Shown here: positions 61,359-64,000 of the stretch, piece by piece
How the letters are laid out: each line of letters opens with the position of its first letter
How positions within the stretch are numbered: the first letter of the stretch is position 1
From: Elusimicrobiales bacterium
Lineage (GTDB): Bacteria; Elusimicrobiota; Elusimicrobia; Elusimicrobiales; UBA9959
Length of the DNA: 64,000 nucleotides
NCBI GenBank assembly: GCA_049972095.1
Contig: JBMFKQ010000003.1
Location: forward strand, 1 to 64,000
Direction: 5' to 3'
Program-made: the position numbers and the translations under genes
Notes under the pieces: model-generated
The model's database searches: none
What the model saw: only the letters and a program-made list of their open reading frames with translations
Told to the model about the DNA's origin: nothing

Positions 61359-62245
61359 AAACTCTCCTTTTCTACTTCATTATCCTCTTTGATATCATTT
61401 TTAAGTGCTTCGTCTGGCAATTTTTCATTTTCTTCTTCGTTTACATTGTTGTTTTCAGGATTTTCATAGTTCTCAATCTGCACAGAATCAGCCGCAACAC
61501 CACTGCTTGCTTCATTAGAGATGTCTTGCTGTTCATTAGTCATAGAAGAAGATTGTGCCTCTTTTGCCTTTCTTCCCTCTATTATTGCCTCAGCTATAGA
61601 TGAGCAGAAAAGCCTTATTGATCTAGCAGCATCGTCATTTCCTGGAATTATAACATCAATCTCATCAGGGTTTGCATTAGTATCACAAATAGCAACTATT
61701 GGAATACCAAGTTTTCTTGCTTCATGAACAGCATTGTATTCTTCAACAGGATCTACAACGAACATAACATCAGGTAGCACCTTCATATTTCTTATACCCG
61801 AAAGAAACTTAACAAGCCTATTCTTCTCTTTTGTAAGCCTAGAAACCTCTTTCTTCGACATCACCTTGAAATAACCTTTATTCTCCATATCCTCAAGCTC
61901 TTCAAGTCTTCTTATTGAAAGTTTTATTGTCTCAAAATTTGTTAACATTCCGCCTCTCCATTTTTCATAAACAACAAAAGCACCTGCCCTCTCTGCCTCG
62001 GATTTAACTATCTCTTTTGCCTGTTTTTTTGTCCCAACAAATATAAAGCTTTTTCCTTCCTTTGAGTTTTCATAGACAAACTCATAAGCCTTTTTAAATT
62101 CCTTTATAGTTTTTTGAAGGTCAAGTATATGAATACCATTCCTCTCACCAAATATATACTTGGCCATCTTAGGATTCCACCTTGATGTTTGATGACCAAA
62201 ATGAACCCCCGCTTCAAGCAGTGTTTTCATCGTAACATTAAACAT
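61355..62245 (-). CDS. rpsB: 30S ribosomal protein S2 with acidic C-terminal tail
   Basis: [33 protein letters not shown] 62245 preceded by SD GGAGG. Confidence 0.97.
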   Translation of the reverse strand: MFNVTMKTLLEAGVHFGHQTSRWNPKMAKYIFGERNGIHILDLQKTIKEFKKAYEFVYENSKEGKSFIFVGTKKQAKEIVKSEAERAGAFVVYEKWRGGMLTNFETIKLSIRRLEELEDMENKGYFKVMSKKEVSRLTKEKNRLVKFLSGIRNMKVLPDVMFVVDPVEEYNAVHEARKLGIPIVAICDTNANPDEIDVIIPGNDDAARSIRLFCSSIAEAIIEGRKAKEAQSSSMTNEQQDISNEASSGVAADSVQIENYENPENNNVNEEENEKLPDEALKNDIKEDNEVEKESL

Positions 62246-62307
62246 CTTAATACCTCCATAACAAAAAGTATACAAAATTTAAAGGCAAAAAGAAAGATCA
62301 TTAAAAA

Positions 62308-62316
62308 TGCTATCAT
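62308..62316 (+). promoter_or_regulatory. Putative extended -10 promoter of nadE (probably leaderless)
   Basis: TGC-TATCAT lies 7 nt before ATG 62324; no SD. Confidence 0.5.
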
Positions 62317-62323
62317 ATATTTG

Positions 62324-63940
62324 ATGAGAATAGGACTTGCACATATAAATATTACCCCTGCAGATATATCTGGGAATCTAAAGAAAGCAATTGAGGTATA
62401 TCAACAAGCATATAAACTTGGATGTGATATTGTTGTTTATCCAGAGCTTACCATCCCCGGATACATTCCCTTTGACATACTCAATTACTCATGGTTTGTA
62501 GAAAAAAATCTTACAGCCCTTAATAAATTTGCATCTACCACCTCAAAAACAGCTGCGATTATAGGATATGTTGATAAAAATACTCAGGGCTGGGGGAAAC
62601 CTCTTAAAAATGCTGCTGCATTTATTCAAAATGGGAGAATAGTTAAAAAGGTTTATAAGAAGATTATTCCCTTTTCTGATATATTTTATGAATCAAGATA
62701 CTTTGAGCCGGACAATAACCCCCCTGAAATAATAAATTTTAAAGGCAAGAAAATACTCATAACAGTATGTGCTGATATATGGCATAATACTGACATACTA
62801 TCAACACCAAGAATATCTCAAACATCCCCTCTTGATTCAGAAAAAAAATATGAGATGATAATAAACATATCAGCATCTCCATATCATTTTGGAAAGATTG
62901 AGAAAAAACTAAGCACATTGAAAAGAATTGCAACTCTTAGACAAGCTGATATAGTTTATGTCAATATATGTGCTAGCACAGAAACAACAGTTTTTGATGG
63001 AACATCATTTTTTATCTCAGCTTCAAAATTATTTACAACCAATCCTTTCACTGATGGCTTGAGCGTTGTTGATACACAGGATTTCCAAAATACAGAAATA
63101 AAAGAAGATATATCATTTATTGAAAAGGCAATAGTTCTTGGGATAAAAGATTTTTTTTCAAAATCAGGATTTGAAAAGGCGGTGATAGGACTAAGCGGTG
63201 GAATAGATTCGGCTGTGGTGCTGTGTCTTGCATCAAAAGCAATTGGTAGCAAAAAGATCAAAAGTCTCTTACTACCATCGCGATTTACATCATCCCAGAG
63301 CATAAGTAATGCTATTGATCTCTGCCATAATCTGTGCTGTGAGTATGAGATAATCGATATAGAAGAGATATACAGCTCTTATTTAAAAACTCTTAAAATA
63401 GATGATAGAAACCCAACTATCACTATTCAGAATATACAATCAAGAATAAGATCAAACATACTTATGGCATATTCTAACCGATATGGGAGCCTACTTCTAA
63501 ACACATCGAACAAATCTGAAATAGCAACTGGATACTCAACAATCTATGGGGATAGCTGTGGAGCTATAGCACCTATAGGAGATGTTCTTAAAACTGATGT
63601 ATATAGAATTGCTAAGTTAATAAACTCAAAAAAAACAATAATACCTCAATCAATAATAAAAAGACCACCCACTGCAGAATTAAAACCAAACCAGAGAGAT
63701 CAGGATGATCTTCCACCATACTCTATTCTTGATAGAATAATAAAGATGTATATTGAGGAGAAAAGAGATCCAGAGGAAATAGCAGATATAGTTGGTAAGA
63801 AAAATCTTGTCTTTTCAATTGTAAAAAGGATAGAGGCAGCAGAATATAAGAGAAAACAGATGCCACCAATAATAAAGATTTCAAGATGTTCATTTGGTGA
63901 TGAAAGAAAAATTCCTGTGATAAAAAAACTTGAGATATAA
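62324..63940 (+). CDS. nadE: Glutamine-dependent NAD+ synthetase
   Basis: Nitrilase-like domain (YPEL, K, VCADIW, SASP) plus GLSGGIDSA, NIQSR, NKSE, PTAELKP; start placed at ATG 62324. Confidence 0.95.
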   Translation: MRIGLAHINITPADISGNLKKAIEVYQQAYKLGCDIVVYPELTIPGYIPFDILNYSWFVEKNLTALNKFASTTSKTAAIIGYVDKNTQGWGKPLKNAAAFIQNGRIVKKVYKKIIPFSDIFYESRYFEPDNNPPEIINFKGKKILITVCADIWHNTDILSTPRISQTSPLDSEKKYEMIINISASPYHFGKIEKKLSTLKRIATLRQADIVYVNICASTETTVFDGTSFFISASKLFTTNPFTDGLSVVDTQDFQNTEIKEDISFIEKAIVLGIKDFFSKSGFEKAVIGLSGGIDSAVVLCLASKAIGSKKIKSLLLPSRFTSSQSISNAIDLCHNLCCEYEIIDIEEIYSSYLKTLKIDDRNPTITIQNIQSRIRSNILMAYSNRYGSLLLNTSNKSEIATGYSTIYGDSCGAIAPIGDVLKTDVYRIAKLINSKKTIIPQSIIKRPPTAELKPNQRDQDDLPPYSILDRIIKMYIEEKRDPEEIADIVGKKNLVFSIVKRIEAAEYKRKQMPPIIKISRCSFGDERKIPVIKKLEI

Positions 63941-64000
63941 TATGATTATTCTTTTTATACCCCTAAGCCACACATCCCACCTATCACCACTACCTCTTTT

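Overview
AT-rich bacterial core-genome segment using the standard genetic code. It comes from a diderm, since waaA and gmhA are present. Gene content and sequence style loosely suggest Elusimicrobiota or a similar deep lineage, but that is inference only. Contents in order: a minus-strand yebC-ruvCAB-SpoIID-queA-tgt-yajC-secDF-hypothetical-waaA operon; tRNA-Arg(UCG) followed by a TPR/SpoIID-like protein, two glycosyltransferases and yceD-rpmF-plsX-fabG-acpP-rnc-acyl-CoA dehydrogenase; a complete nuoA-N (complex I) operon; an unannotated, heavily deleted ribBA relic; a GT-C-like membrane protein; purB-purA-etfB-etfA; malic enzyme; tRNA-Met-greA-PilB/GspE-like ATPase-aspartokinase; a long minus-strand block (rpsB-tsf-pyrH-gmhA-frr-uppS-cdsA-dxr-rseP-ispG-proS-amidase, then rimP-nusA-infB-rbfA-nrnA-truB-ribF); and glutamine-dependent nadE. 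I see no mobile element, prophage, CRISPR array or defence island, and no clearly new multi-gene system. The best leads are: the ribBA relic reduced to about 400 bp, a short archaeal-type PurA with an altered aspartate-binding loop, two probable pseudo-enzymes (a TPR-SpoIID lacking the catalytic Glu, and a MetH reactivation-like domain lacking its SAM motif), repeated promoter geometry implying leaderless mRNAs and possibly a leaderless tRNA, a rare tRNA-Arg(UCG), and a fatty-acid cluster without fabH/fabD/fabF.
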